From Oceanispirochaeta sp. (GTDB lineage: Bacteria > Spirochaetota > Spirochaetia > DSM-2461), in the NCBI GenBank assembly GCA_963666275.2, contig CAXXOA010000001.1, positions 1,088,001 through 1,152,000 of the forward strand: DNA of 64,000 nucleotides, given 5' to 3'. Position numbers and translations under genes: made by a program. Shown here one piece after another: positions 37,921-48,337 of the stretch; positions within the stretch are counted from its first letter, which is position 1, and each line of letters begins with the position of its first letter. The notes beneath the pieces were generated by a model. The model was not told the DNA's origin. It worked only from the letters and a program-made list of their open reading frames with translations, and made no database searches.

Positions 37921-40143
37921 ATGGAAAAAAATCCAGACGATAACAAATTGAATTCAAAAGGTCAGGACAACGACGACTGGAGAAACCGTCTGAAAGAAGA
38001 ATTAAAACCTGAAAAGATTGATCAGCGGATGAAAAAATTCAGAAACGGAAAGTTCAGATTTTCCTTCTGGTATTTTCTGCTGGTGATCCTTGTCCTTGTG
38101 GTTCTGAACTTTATGTTCATGAGAGCCCCTGATGAGGTGATTGAATTCAGCAGTTTCAAGGAAAGGGTGGAGGCCGGAGAGATCAAGAGGGTCAAACTGA
38201 CCAACTCGTTCTACTACGGAATGACTTACACCTCCAGTGAGTATGCCAATCAGGTTGTCAATACCTTTACAGACCGCCTGGCCGGGCGGGACAATCTCGA
38301 CGGGGGACAGATCTATAAAACTGTTCCCATCAACGATCCTACATTTGTTCCTCTCATGGAAGAGATGGGGGTAGAGTACTATGCGGAACAGGAGAAGAGG
38401 AATTACTTCCTTGAAATCCTTGTCAGCTGGATCGTACCGCTCCTCTTTCTTGTGTTCATATGGAGAATGATCTTCAAGCGGATGGGAAATATGGGCGGAT
38501 CCAATGTGATGAGTTTCGGCCAGAACAACTCTAAAATCGTGGCGGAAAGCGATCTGCTGACCCGCTTTAAAGACGTGGCGGGGTGTGAAGAGTCCAAAGA
38601 TGAACTTGTAGAAGTGGTAGACTTTCTGAAAACTCCGGACAAGTATACCGCTATCGGCGGTAAAATACCCAAGGGTGTTCTTCTGGTAGGCCCTCCGGGA
38701 ACTGGTAAAACCCTGATGGCCAGGGCTGTAGCCGGAGAAGCGGGGGTGACCTTTTTCAGAATGAGCGGTGCGGACTTTGTAGAAATGTTTGTAGGTGTGG
38801 GTGCCGCCAGAGTCCGGGATCTGTTCAAACAGGCCCGGGAAAAGGCTCCCTGCATCATCTTCATAGATGAGCTTGATGCCATCGGAAAAAGCCGGGCCGG
38901 GGCTATGTCGACCAATGACGAGAGAGAGCAGACCCTGAACCAGCTGCTTGTAGAAATGGACGGATTTGATTCCACTTCGGGTGTTATCATTCTTGCCGCC
39001 ACCAACAGACCTGAAGTTCTGGATCCGGCTCTCCTGAGACCCGGCCGTTTTGACAGACAGGTTCTGGTGGATAAGCCGGACCTTCTGGGACGGGAGGCGA
39101 TTCTGAAGATCCATTCAGCCAATGTCAAACTGGATCCTTCTGTCGATCTGAAGGATATTGCCAAAGCCACTCCGGGGTTTGTGGGAGCCGATCTGGCGAA
39201 TATTATCAATGAAGCGGCTCTGCTGGCTGTGCGGTCGGGAAGAAAGGCTGTACTGACCATTGACCTGGAAGAGGCAATCGAGAAGATCATTGCGGGACTG
39301 GAAAAGAAAAACAGACTGATCAATCCCAGAGAACGGGAGATCGTGGCCTATCATGAGACCGGTCATGCCCTGGTGGCGGCGTTTACGCCCGATGCGGATC
39401 CGGTTCAGAAAATCTCTATTGTTCCCCGGGGAATGGGAGCACTGGGGTATACCCTGCAGACTCCTACTGAGGACCGTTTCCTTATGACCCGGGAGGAACT
39501 GATCGGAAGGATTGATATCCTCCTGGGAGGAAGAGCCGCCGAAGAAATTGTTTTTGGAAAACTCTCCACAGGGGCTTCCAATGATATTATGAAATCGACG
39601 GACATCGCCCGGAATATGATTACCGAATACGGTATGAGCGACCGTTTCAGGAATGTAACTCTTACAAAGAGAAACAATTCCTACCTGGAAGGGGCGGGAT
39701 CCCAGAAAGAGTATTCCGAGTCTACCCAGCAGTACATAGATGATGAAATCTCCAAGCTCATGGATCAGCGCTATAAGATTGTGAAAAGCCTTCTTGAAAA
39801 ACACAGGGACCTGCTGGAGAAAGTGACAGACCATCTGATGGATGTGGAAGTTGTTTCGGCCGAAGAGTTCCTGGAGATGATCGATGCAGATGAAGCCGGT
39901 GCGGCTGAACTTGTTTCCCGAAAAGAAAAGGACATGAAAGTTTCAAAAAGAGCGGAAGAGATGGGACGGAAAAGAAACGATGCCATTATCGCCCGCAATA
40001 AAGCCAGGGAACTGGCCGAAAAGAACGAACCCCCTCAGGTCAATCGGGAACACAAGAAGGAGTCTCCCTTCACGAGGGAAGTTCCCCTGTCCATGGAGGA
40101 TTCAGAGGATAAAGAAGAGGATAAGGATAATCAGGAGAGCTGA
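37921..40143 (+). CDS. ftsH: ATP-dependent zinc metalloprotease FtsH
   Basis: Two TM segments, [26 protein letters not shown] and HETGH. Confidence 0.97.
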   Translation: MEKNPDDNKLNSKGQDNDDWRNRLKEELKPEKIDQRMKKFRNGKFRFSFWYFLLVILVLVVLNFMFMRAPDEVIEFSSFKERVEAGEIKRVKLTNSFYYGMTYTSSEYANQVVNTFTDRLAGRDNLDGGQIYKTVPINDPTFVPLMEEMGVEYYAEQEKRNYFLEILVSWIVPLLFLVFIWRMIFKRMGNMGGSNVMSFGQNNSKIVAESDLLTRFKDVAGCEESKDELVEVVDFLKTPDKYTAIGGKIPKGVLLVGPPGTGKTLMARAVAGEAGVTFFRMSGADFVEMFVGVGAARVRDLFKQAREKAPCIIFIDELDAIGKSRAGAMSTNDEREQTLNQLLVEMDGFDSTSGVIILAATNRPEVLDPALLRPGRFDRQVLVDKPDLLGREAILKIHSANVKLDPSVDLKDIAKATPGFVGADLANIINEAALLAVRSGRKAVLTIDLEEAIEKIIAGLEKKNRLINPREREIVAYHETGHALVAAFTPDADPVQKISIVPRGMGALGYTLQTPTEDRFLMTREELIGRIDILLGGRAAEEIVFGKLSTGASNDIMKSTDIARNMITEYGMSDRFRNVTLTKRNNSYLEGAGSQKEYSESTQQYIDDEISKLMDQRYKIVKSLLEKHRDLLEKVTDHLMDVEVVSAEEFLEMIDADEAGAAELVSRKEKDMKVSKRAEEMGRKRNDAIIARNKARELAEKNEPPQVNREHKKESPFTREVPLSMEDSEDKEEDKDNQES

Positions 40144-40162
40144 TTTTTATCACTTTTATGAT

Positions 40163-40190
40163 CCCGGTTACCCCGTAACCGGGTTTTTTT
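40163..40190 (+). terminator. Intrinsic terminator after ftsH
   Basis: CCCGGTTAC-ccc-GTAACCGGG followed by T7. Confidence 0.9.
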
Positions 40191-40252
40191 ATGTATTTTT
40201 TTATTGTTACTTCCCGGTGGAACACGGTAGTATAGGTGTACCGGAGGTATAA

Positions 40253-41686
40253 ATGAATTTTCACTGGACATTTCTGATAGATCTTGGAATCATCTCCCTG
40301 GGACTCCTTCTGGGAACAATGATCCGCTCAAAAGTTAGATTCTTTCAAAAATTCCTTATTCCCAACTCCCTCACGGCAGGATTTATACTGCTTGTCTTCT
40401 ACAACTGGATAGCTCCGGTATGGGGAATCACCACGGATTCTCTCGAAAATATAGTCTATCACTTTCTCAATATCTCATTCATTGCCATGATCCTCCGGGT
40501 CGGCAGCAGGATCAAATCAGAACGGAAAGCCGTGGTTTCCATGGCCACCACTCTTATTACCCAGTATGGTCTGCAGTGCTTTCTGGGAACCCTCCTGACC
40601 CTTGTCATGATCAATACAGTCTTTCCCGATCTCTTTCCCGGATTCGGTCTTTTTGCCACTCTGGGATTTTCCCTGGGGCCGGGCCAGGCTTTTGCCATCG
40701 GTACAGGTTGGGAGCATATGGGGTTTTCAGGGCTCAGTTCCGTTGGGCTGACCTTCGGGGCCGTGGGATTTCTACTGGCCTGTTTCGGCGGAATTTTTCT
40801 TATCAATTTCGCATTGAAGAAAAAGTGGATCTACCCCGAACAGGTTTCAGGGCTCAAAGATTCCACAATACAGAAAGGAGTTCTGAAACGGGGGGATACC
40901 GCACCGGAGGGGAAGATCGAAAACAAGACTTCCGCCGAAGCGATCGATCCCTTTTCTTTCAATTCCGCCATTGTCCTGGCCACCTATCTGCTCTCCTATC
41001 TGCTTCTCCGCTTTCTCAACTATCTTCTGGCCTTTGCCGGCCCCCTGGGGGAGGAGCTGGCTGTGAATCTCTGGGGAATCATGTTTATTTTCAGTGCCAT
41101 TACGGCCATGTTTGTTAAAAAAATCATGTTCATGATGAATCTGGAATACATTGTGGATGATCAGAGGCTCACACGGATTGCCGGCTTCTCGGTGGACTTC
41201 ATGGTGGCTTCCGCTGTGGGCGCCATTTCCATTGCTGTTCTCAGAAGCTACTGGATTCCCATACTGGTTGTGGCAGGCGGGGTAGGAGCTGCCACCATTG
41301 TTACCCATATATGGCTCTCCTCCCGCATCTTTGACGATCACTCCTTCTACAGGGCTATCCTGGTATACGGCTGTGTCACCGGGACTCTCCCCACAGGTCT
41401 GGCTCTGCTGCGGATCATCGATCCCGATTTTGAAAGCCCCGCTTCCAAAGACTACATGTATGCTTCAGGTCTTGTCTTCCTGGCTGTCATTCCGATTCTG
41501 ATCACGGCGAATATGCCCGCCTACGGCGCACTGAAGGGATCCCTGCGAGAGACCTATATTGTTCTGGGGCTTTATGCACTGTATGTGGTTCTCTGTTTTG
41601 TCGCCTATCTGTGGCTGTCGGGAAAGAACAGGTTCAGGAAGCCCGCGGATCTCTGGCTGAAACAGAGAGAACTGGAACATAACTGA
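40253..41686 (+). CDS. Sodium:glutamate symporter family (GltS-like) transporter
   Basis: FFQKFLIP.S..AG, GFSLGPG and YG..TGT..TG.ALLR..DP re-entrant motifs; many TM segments. Confidence 0.82.
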   Translation: MNFHWTFLIDLGIISLGLLLGTMIRSKVRFFQKFLIPNSLTAGFILLVFYNWIAPVWGITTDSLENIVYHFLNISFIAMILRVGSRIKSERKAVVSMATTLITQYGLQCFLGTLLTLVMINTVFPDLFPGFGLFATLGFSLGPGQAFAIGTGWEHMGFSGLSSVGLTFGAVGFLLACFGGIFLINFALKKKWIYPEQVSGLKDSTIQKGVLKRGDTAPEGKIENKTSAEAIDPFSFNSAIVLATYLLSYLLLRFLNYLLAFAGPLGEELAVNLWGIMFIFSAITAMFVKKIMFMMNLEYIVDDQRLTRIAGFSVDFMVASAVGAISIAVLRSYWIPILVVAGGVGAATIVTHIWLSSRIFDDHSFYRAILVYGCVTGTLPTGLALLRIIDPDFESPASKDYMYASGLVFLAVIPILITANMPAYGALKGSLRETYIVLGLYALYVVLCFVAYLWLSGKNRFRKPADLWLKQRELEHN

Positions 41687-41782
41687 TCTGTCCTGATGCA
41701 ATTAGTAATAAAGTCTTTTCGTCTTTCGAAGTAGGCATGGCTAACTATTGACTTTTTTCAGGTGAATTCCTATATTTTCAAA

Positions 41783-43885
41783 ATGTTTACCTCTATTAAC
41801 AAATGGGAGATATTTCTACAGCCTTCCTGGTATCGGCAATTCCAGCGGGTAGGATTCTTCATAGCCCTGTTCTGGATCGGTTTTCTCTGGATGGGTATGT
41901 ATTTCGTGGGACTCTACTTCCTGCGCAAACAGAGAGACAGCAGTTTTTTTCTGCATGGCATGACCTGTCTCTTTGCAGGAATGAAACTGGGAGTTTTTCA
42001 CTACTTTTCTTCCGTTGCGGGTATTTCCTTCCCTGATTTCCTTCCGGAGGGGTATTTGAAAATTTATCTGACTGTTTCAGTTGTTTCCTCCTATTTTCTC
42101 CTGTTGACAATTTTAAGCTATGCCTATACTCAGAAGCATAATATCCTATCAGGTTTTTTTTCCTTTATTTTCCTTTTGACTGGTATGCTGATTGTCAGAA
42201 TTCAGAAAACAAACCTGATTTTTCTCATATTCAGAAGTTTTGAGGTTCTTGTTTTTTTTCTATCCCTCTCAATTTTTCTTCTCCTTTTTTCTAGCAGAAA
42301 TCAGATTAGAGAAAAGTGGCTACTGATACTACTGTCAATGAGCGTTTTACTCTCTTTTTTCCCCTCTTGGAGCCGACCTGTTTTCGAGTTATGGAGTTCG
42401 GGATGCCAGACACTTTCCATCCTCATCCTCATCTATCTCAAATCCCTGCAGATTTCCTCCTATTTCAGTGAAGTGGAGGATCTGACCTATGATTTGAAAG
42501 TCATAAATGCCTCTCTGAAAAAAAGTGAAATGACTGTAAAGAAAGTGAATGAACAGCTGCAGTATCAGGCAAATCACGATTTTCTTACCAATCTTCCCAA
42601 TAGAATGTCTCTTTATAATATGGCTGAAAAAACACTTCAGGATGCTTTTGACAGAAACCATAAGGTCGGATTTCTCCTCCTGGATCTAGACCGGTTCAAA
42701 CAGCTTAACGATACTATGGGACATCAGATGGGCGACAGGCTCCTCAGTCTTTTTTCGGAAAGGATCCGATCTATTTTAAGGAGTTCAGACTACCTTTACC
42801 GTCTGGGTGGGGATGAGTTCACCATTATTGCCGGAGAAATTCATGATAAAGACGATCTGGTCCGGATTATTGATAAAATCTACAGGGAACTGGAGTGTCC
42901 GGTATCTCTCGGAGATGTGGAATACAGGGTAAGCAGCAGCATCGGTGCCGCCCTCTTTCCCGATCATGGAAAAGATATAGATACTTTAATGGGAAAGGCG
43001 GATATCGCCCTTTACGGGGCAAAGGAATCGGGCCGCAACAGATCTGTATTTTTTCATCCCTCCATGCAGGATGAATCGGACAGTTACTTTCATATGCACA
43101 AGAAAATGACAAGTGCTCTGGAGAATAACAGATTTACCCTCTATTTCCAGCCTCAGTTCATCACAGGGAATCCTCTCTGTTTATACGGATATGAAACACT
43201 GGTCAGATTGAAAGACAGCAGAGGCACGATCATTCCTCCTTCCCGATTCATACCCATTGCAGAGGACTCGGGGTTTATACTTCCCCTGGGAAACTGGATT
43301 TTAGACAGAGCCTGTGAGATCTCGAAAAAGCTTCTCAAAGAAAATCCTTCCCTGGCTATAAGCGTCAATATTTCACCCATTCAGTTCCGTTCGGAAACCT
43401 TCCTGAAAGAACTCCTTCTGATTCTCCAGCGTCATGACTTTCCGCCCCGGAATCTGATTATTGAATTGACTGAGAGTCTGGTTATGGATAAGGATTGCTC
43501 CACTCTGAATAAAATACGTGAGATCCGGGATCTTGGGATAAAAATTTCCATTGACGATTTCGGAACGGGTTTCTCTTCTTTAAACTATTTAAAGGAATTT
43601 CCTCTGGATCATCTGAAAATTGATAGATCCTTTATCAGCGGTTTGCCCGAATCGAAGCCGGATAAGGCAATTGTAAAATCCATAATCGAAATGTCCGATT
43701 CACTGGGAATGACTGTGGTGGCTGAAGGTATAGAAAACTCCGAACAGCTGGCTTTTCTGCAGAGCCATGGATGCCATCTGGTTCAAGGGTTTCTCACAGG
43801 AAGACCTGTTCCGGGAGAAGAAATAGTCCCGGGATGGTGCAGCGAAGAGAGTGACTTTTCAGCTAAGGAGGCTGAAGTTCTATGA
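41783..43885 (+). CDS. Membrane-bound GGDEF-EAL protein with a 7TM-DISM-like N-terminus
   Basis: Hydrophobic N-terminus, HDFLTNLPNR, GGDEF, ETLVR, VNISP, DDFGTG, KIDRSF, AEGIE and QG. Promoter TTGACT(41748)-17-TATATT(41771) lies 6 nt before the ATG. Confidence 0.9.
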   Translation: MFTSINKWEIFLQPSWYRQFQRVGFFIALFWIGFLWMGMYFVGLYFLRKQRDSSFFLHGMTCLFAGMKLGVFHYFSSVAGISFPDFLPEGYLKIYLTVSVVSSYFLLLTILSYAYTQKHNILSGFFSFIFLLTGMLIVRIQKTNLIFLIFRSFEVLVFFLSLSIFLLLFSSRNQIREKWLLILLSMSVLLSFFPSWSRPVFELWSSGCQTLSILILIYLKSLQISSYFSEVEDLTYDLKVINASLKKSEMTVKKVNEQLQYQANHDFLTNLPNRMSLYNMAEKTLQDAFDRNHKVGFLLLDLDRFKQLNDTMGHQMGDRLLSLFSERIRSILRSSDYLYRLGGDEFTIIAGEIHDKDDLVRIIDKIYRELECPVSLGDVEYRVSSSIGAALFPDHGKDIDTLMGKADIALYGAKESGRNRSVFFHPSMQDESDSYFHMHKKMTSALENNRFTLYFQPQFITGNPLCLYGYETLVRLKDSRGTIIPPSRFIPIAEDSGFILPLGNWILDRACEISKKLLKENPSLAISVNISPIQFRSETFLKELLLILQRHDFPPRNLIIELTESLVMDKDCSTLNKIREIRDLGIKISIDDFGTGFSSLNYLKEFPLDHLKIDRSFISGLPESKPDKAIVKSIIEMSDSLGMTVVAEGIENSEQLAFLQSHGCHLVQGFLTGRPVPGEEIVPGWCSEESDFSAKEAEVL

Positions 43886-45972
43886 AAGAATATAAACTGG
43901 CCCTCGTGGGAAACCCGAACTCGGGAAAAACAACTCTGTTCAACTCTCTTTCGGGTGCCCGGCAGAAAGTCGGTAACTGGCCGGGTGTTACAGTTGAGGC
44001 TGCAAAAGGGAGCATTCAGGGGAAAGAGGAAAAAGTGGAGATCATCGATCTTCCCGGTACCTATGACCTTCAGCCTGATTCGGATGATCAGAAAGTGGCA
44101 GAAGCCTTTGTGAAGCATGGGAATTTTGATTGCATTGTAAATGTGGTGGATGCCTCCAGTCTCTCCAGAAATCTCTATCTGACTTTGAAGCTGCTGAACG
44201 AAACAACCCATTTGCTTGTACTTTTGAACATGATGGATGTTGCTGAGAAAGAGGGGCTGCTGATTGATTACTATAAACTTTCAGAACAACTGGGAGTTCC
44301 AGTCATCCCTGTGGTTTCCATTGATCCCGTGTCGGTGGGTAAAGCCCGCATACGTATTCTGGAACATCTGCGGAATCCCCCTGTTTCAGAGCGGAGAGCT
44401 GAAAAGCAGAAGGACCCGGAGGAACTGTACAAACTGATTGACCGTATCTGCGATCAGTGTATCAATACTCTCGATTCAGTGGACAGCATGACAGAAAAGA
44501 TTGACAGGATTGTCCTGAACCGGTATGGGGCCATTCCTATTTTTGTATTTGTTATGTACACGGTTTTCTGGTTCGCAATCGGTGTAGGATCCGTTTTTAT
44601 AGATTTTTTTGAGCAGATTTCCGGACTTTTTGTTGCGATAGCCGAATGGGGTCTCCAAGCTGCCCATGTTCCAGGTTGGTTCATTCATAGAATCTTCGGA
44701 GGTTTGGGAACAGGTATACAGACTGTTGCAACTTTTATACCCATCGTATTCTGTCTCTTCCTGGCTATCGGATTTCTGGAGGACCTGGGCTATCTGGCCA
44801 GAATCGGGGTGATCAGTGACATATTTCTGAAAAAAATCGGTCTGCCCGGGAATGCTTTTCTCCCTCTGATTATTGGTCTGGGATGCACAGTGCCGGCAAT
44901 AATGGCATGCCGGACCCTCAAATCGAGAAAAGACAGGTATATGACCATTTTTCTCTCGCCCTTTATGTCATGCGGAGCCAGAATTCCTGTGTATGCTCTT
45001 TTTGCCAATGCCCTGTACCCTGATTTTCCGGGACTGATCGTTTTTTCTCTCTATGGAGCAGGAATTTTTATGGCTATCCTTTCCGGTCTATTTTTAAAGA
45101 GAACCATTTTCAAAGGGGAGTCAACTGGATTCATTCTGGAGCTTCCTCTTTATCATCTTCCCCGGCCGGCACCCATTTTCCGGAATGCATCCAACCGGAC
45201 AGGTTGGTTTATAAAAAGGGCCGGGAAAGTTCTGGTTGCGGCAATTTTTATCCTGACACTTCTCGATGCAGTTTCTCTGAATAATCAGGATAACTTAGGG
45301 ATCTCTCAATCTGGGGATGAAAGCCTGCTGACCTGGCTGGGTAAATCTATCCATCCCGTTTTCAGCCCCATGGGCATTACAGAGGAGAACTGGCCCGCCA
45401 CAGTTGCACTGTTTTCCGGCCTTTTTGCCAAAGAAGCCATAGTGGGAACAGTCAACGCCCTATACAGTCAGAAAAGTCATGAAGAGAAGGAATCTTCTTC
45501 CCGGGAATCCGGCCGGATTCAGTTTGTTAAGACAGAATTGGAAGATGCTTTTCTTTCACTTGGAAACAGCTTCCTGGGATTGTTTCAGGGGGGGGATATA
45601 TTGGGAATCCGGATGATTCAGCAGGAAAGAGCGGCTCTACAGGATGAGCTGGAAACTGATCCGGAGGTTTTTGCGGAAATCAGTTCGCATTTTACCCCGT
45701 TTTCGGGTTATGCTTATCTTCTTTTTGTTCTGCTGTATTTTCCCTGCCTGGCTGCTGTGGGAGCGGCAAAGCAGGAAATGGGAAGCCTCTATGCCTTTTT
45801 CATGGTTCTCTATTCCACAGTGCTGGCCTGGTCTGTAGCCACGTTTTTCTATCAGATTACTGAGGGGGGGCATATCGGATTGATGCTTCTTCCTGCGGGA
45901 ATCATGATACTTCTCTTTCTGGCAATGGCCAATGTGGGGGCCCGACCGGAGAATAGAAGAAAACTTACATGA
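43882..45972 (+). CDS. feoB: Ferrous iron transporter B
   Basis: GNPNSGKT, GNWPGVTVE, DLPG, NMMD, GCTVPA, PFMSCGAR, LELP.Y, AKEAIVG and LYFPC motifs. Confidence 0.95.
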   Translation: MKEYKLALVGNPNSGKTTLFNSLSGARQKVGNWPGVTVEAAKGSIQGKEEKVEIIDLPGTYDLQPDSDDQKVAEAFVKHGNFDCIVNVVDASSLSRNLYLTLKLLNETTHLLVLLNMMDVAEKEGLLIDYYKLSEQLGVPVIPVVSIDPVSVGKARIRILEHLRNPPVSERRAEKQKDPEELYKLIDRICDQCINTLDSVDSMTEKIDRIVLNRYGAIPIFVFVMYTVFWFAIGVGSVFIDFFEQISGLFVAIAEWGLQAAHVPGWFIHRIFGGLGTGIQTVATFIPIVFCLFLAIGFLEDLGYLARIGVISDIFLKKIGLPGNAFLPLIIGLGCTVPAIMACRTLKSRKDRYMTIFLSPFMSCGARIPVYALFANALYPDFPGLIVFSLYGAGIFMAILSGLFLKRTIFKGESTGFILELPLYHLPRPAPIFRNASNRTGWFIKRAGKVLVAAIFILTLLDAVSLNNQDNLGISQSGDESLLTWLGKSIHPVFSPMGITEENWPATVALFSGLFAKEAIVGTVNALYSQKSHEEKESSSRESGRIQFVKTELEDAFLSLGNSFLGLFQGGDILGIRMIQQERAALQDELETDPEVFAEISSHFTPFSGYAYLLFVLLYFPCLAAVGAAKQEMGSLYAFFMVLYSTVLAWSVATFFYQITEGGHIGLMLLPAGIMILLFLAMANVGARPENRRKLT

Positions 45973-46049
45973 TGGAAAGGTCTCTGAAGGGCGGGAGCTG
46001 CCGGTTCTTTCTCTCTGTTTCTGCTTGCAGCATACTGTTTTAATCAGAG

Positions 46050-46078
46050 AAAAAAAAGGCCTCGGAAAGAGGCCCTTT
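46050..46078 (-). terminator. Intrinsic terminator for hflKC (possibly bidirectional)
   Basis: A8-GGCCTC-ggaaa-GAGGCC-cttt between convergent feoB and hflC. Confidence 0.75.
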
Positions 46079-46096
46079 CAGAAAAGATATTTGGTT

Positions 46097-47086
46097 TTAC
46101 CTTCCCGGATCATAGAGATAGTTGAAGTACTCCATGTCTGTAGTCAGGGTTTTGTTCAGAGCGGGAAGGATCTTTTTATAGGATTCCATGGACTTCCAGA
46201 AATTATAGAAATCCTCATCCTGTCCGAATACTTCCGCAAATATACGGGTGGCTTCCGCATCGGCCCGTCCCTTGATCTCTTCCGATTCCGCATAGGCGCT
46301 GGAGAGGATAGATTTTTTCTCTCTTTCCAGTTTACCCATCCATTCGGCTTTCTGACCTTCTCCGTAGGAACGGTAGGCCTGGGCGATCTGCTTTCTTTCT
46401 GCAATCATTCTGGCATAGACCGACTGGGTCAGGTCGTCTGAGTATCGGATCTGTCTGATCACAACATCGATCAGTTCAATCCCGTACTGGGGAACTGTAA
46501 TTTCCGCTCTGGCCAGTATCTGATCGGACACTTCCTCTCTTCCCATCTCTATACTGGGAAAGGTGGAACCGGTGGTAAAGGAAAAGTCAGGTCCGCCTTC
46601 ACCGTCGTTTCCGGCTTCCATTTCAATCTGGGCTGCCTGTTCCTGCTGAGAGGCTTTGATAATCTGATCTGTACTTCTGACAGATTCTGCCAGAGGATTC
46701 TGGGCGATAATGGTTCTTACCGCCGAGTCGATAACATCATCAAGACGGGCATAGGCCTGGGTCATATTGGTGACGGATTCGTAGAACTTCGCCGGATCGT
46801 TGATCTGCCATCTGGCGGTAGTGTCCACCCAGATGAACTGGTTTTCCGAGGTGGGAAGTCTCTGGGGATCCCCGTCCCAGGAGAGGATCCTGCTGGAGTA
46901 GCGGCTTACATTGTCTACGAAGGGAACACGGAATTTCAGTCCCGCATCGGTTTCGGTTTTTACAATTTTACCAAACCTTGTTACAACGGCTTGTTCTCCT
47001 TCAGGAACAATATAAAAAGGTCCCATGAACGCAACAATGGCAGCCACTATGAGAACAGCTATCAGTACTTTTGCGCTTTTATTCAC
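46097..47086 (-). CDS. hflC: FtsH protease modulator HflC
   Basis: SPFH domain, VYARMIAER, GRADAEA and FYNFWKSMESY motifs. Confidence 0.93.
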   Translation of the reverse strand: MNKSAKVLIAVLIVAAIVAFMGPFYIVPEGEQAVVTRFGKIVKTETDAGLKFRVPFVDNVSRYSSRILSWDGDPQRLPTSENQFIWVDTTARWQINDPAKFYESVTNMTQAYARLDDVIDSAVRTIIAQNPLAESVRSTDQIIKASQQEQAAQIEMEAGNDGEGGPDFSFTTGSTFPSIEMGREEVSDQILARAEITVPQYGIELIDVVIRQIRYSDDLTQSVYARMIAERKQIAQAYRSYGEGQKAEWMGKLEREKKSILSSAYAESEEIKGRADAEATRIFAEVFGQDEDFYNFWKSMESYKKILPALNKTLTTDMEYFNYLYDPGR

Positions 47087-48078
47087 TGTACACCTCCTGT
47101 GGACTGAGCTCCTCCGACCGATTTGAAGGGGAGAAAATTTTCCAGATTCTTGTCTATCACGTCGATAGTGGTCTGTCGTCCGAAAACTTCCTCGACCATT
47201 TCATAGTAGAGTCTGTCTCTGGTAACGGCCGGGCTCTTTCTGTACTCTTCCAGGACCGAAGCAAAACGGGCGGTATCACCGGTTGCTCTGTTGATCCTTT
47301 CGGTGGCGTATCCTTCGGCTTCCTGAATCACCTGCTGTTTCTGGCCGGTGGCTTTGGGGATTTCCGTATTGTAGGCTTCTTTACCTTCATTGATCAGCCT
47401 GTTCATATCCTGAACCGCTTTGTTGACGTCTTCAAAGGCATCCTGAACCTCTCCCTCGGGAGGAACAATGTTCTGGAGCTTCACTGTGGTCAGCTGAATT
47501 CCCAGGCCGTAGCTGTCTACGATGTCCTGGATCATCTGGATTCCCCTATCCTCGATATTGGTCCTTTCGGATCCGATAACATTCAGGATCGCCCTGTCTC
47601 CCACCAGTTGGTTGATCACAGACTGGGATACGTCCCGGATGGTTTTTTCCTTATTGTTCACATTGAAAAGCCATGCCTGGGGATCGACAATCCTGTACTG
47701 GATAATCCAGGATACATTGACGATATTCAGATCTCCCGTGAGCATCACTGATTCATTGGAATAGTCTTTGCTTGAATAGATTGTCTGAATTCCCGCACTG
47801 TCAGTTCTGAAACCGAACTGCATGGTCTGGATGACCTTGGTGGGAACCTTGTAAACCCTTTCTATTCCCAGAGGGAGCTTGTACTGCAGTCCCGGACCTG
47901 TTGTTCTGCTGTATTTTCCCATAGTGAGAACCACAGCCTCTTCTGTCTGGTCTACAACGTATACTCCGCTCAAAACGCTGAGTGCAATGACAATAACGAT
48001 CAGAGCAGTCCAGAGAAAAGACGGTTTCATATTCAGATTGATCTTTCCCTTTTCGGGAGAGACATCTCTTTCCGGCAT
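47083..48078 (-). CDS. hflK: FtsH protease modulator HflK
   Basis: MLTGDLNIV, VQDAFEDV..A.Q, A.G...RF and RLYYE motifs. ATG at 48078 follows GGAGGT. Confidence 0.93.
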   Translation of the reverse strand: MPERDVSPEKGKINLNMKPSFLWTALIVIVIALSVLSGVYVVDQTEEAVVLTMGKYSRTTGPGLQYKLPLGIERVYKVPTKVIQTMQFGFRTDSAGIQTIYSSKDYSNESVMLTGDLNIVNVSWIIQYRIVDPQAWLFNVNNKEKTIRDVSQSVINQLVGDRAILNVIGSERTNIEDRGIQMIQDIVDSYGLGIQLTTVKLQNIVPPEGEVQDAFEDVNKAVQDMNRLINEGKEAYNTEIPKATGQKQQVIQEAEGYATERINRATGDTARFASVLEEYRKSPAVTRDRLYYEMVEEVFGRQTTIDVIDKNLENFLPFKSVGGAQSTGGVQ

Positions 48079-48337
48079 AATTACCTCCACTTTTTATTCA
48101 CAGTCAGTATAAAGCAACTTCCTTTCAGAAGAAACACATCTTTATAAATCCTATAGCTATAAAGTTACAAAACCCGGCAGGGCAGGTCAAGGATAATCCC
48201 TGCAGGGATTGTTCCTGCGTTTTGTTCGTTTTTTTCAAAGGAAGGTTTGCTGAAGAAATTCCTTCTTCTTAAAACCCTGCTCCCTGATCTGTGCTATCAT
48301 AGGAGGGAATAATATAATCCAACCAGAGGAGTCTAAA

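Noticed and set aside
45969..46043. Possible FeoB-associated Cys-rich peptide (MMERSLKGGSCRFFLSVSACSILF)
   Set aside because: Overlaps the feoB stop but has only two Cys and lacks the CxxCxxC-type pattern; unsupported.
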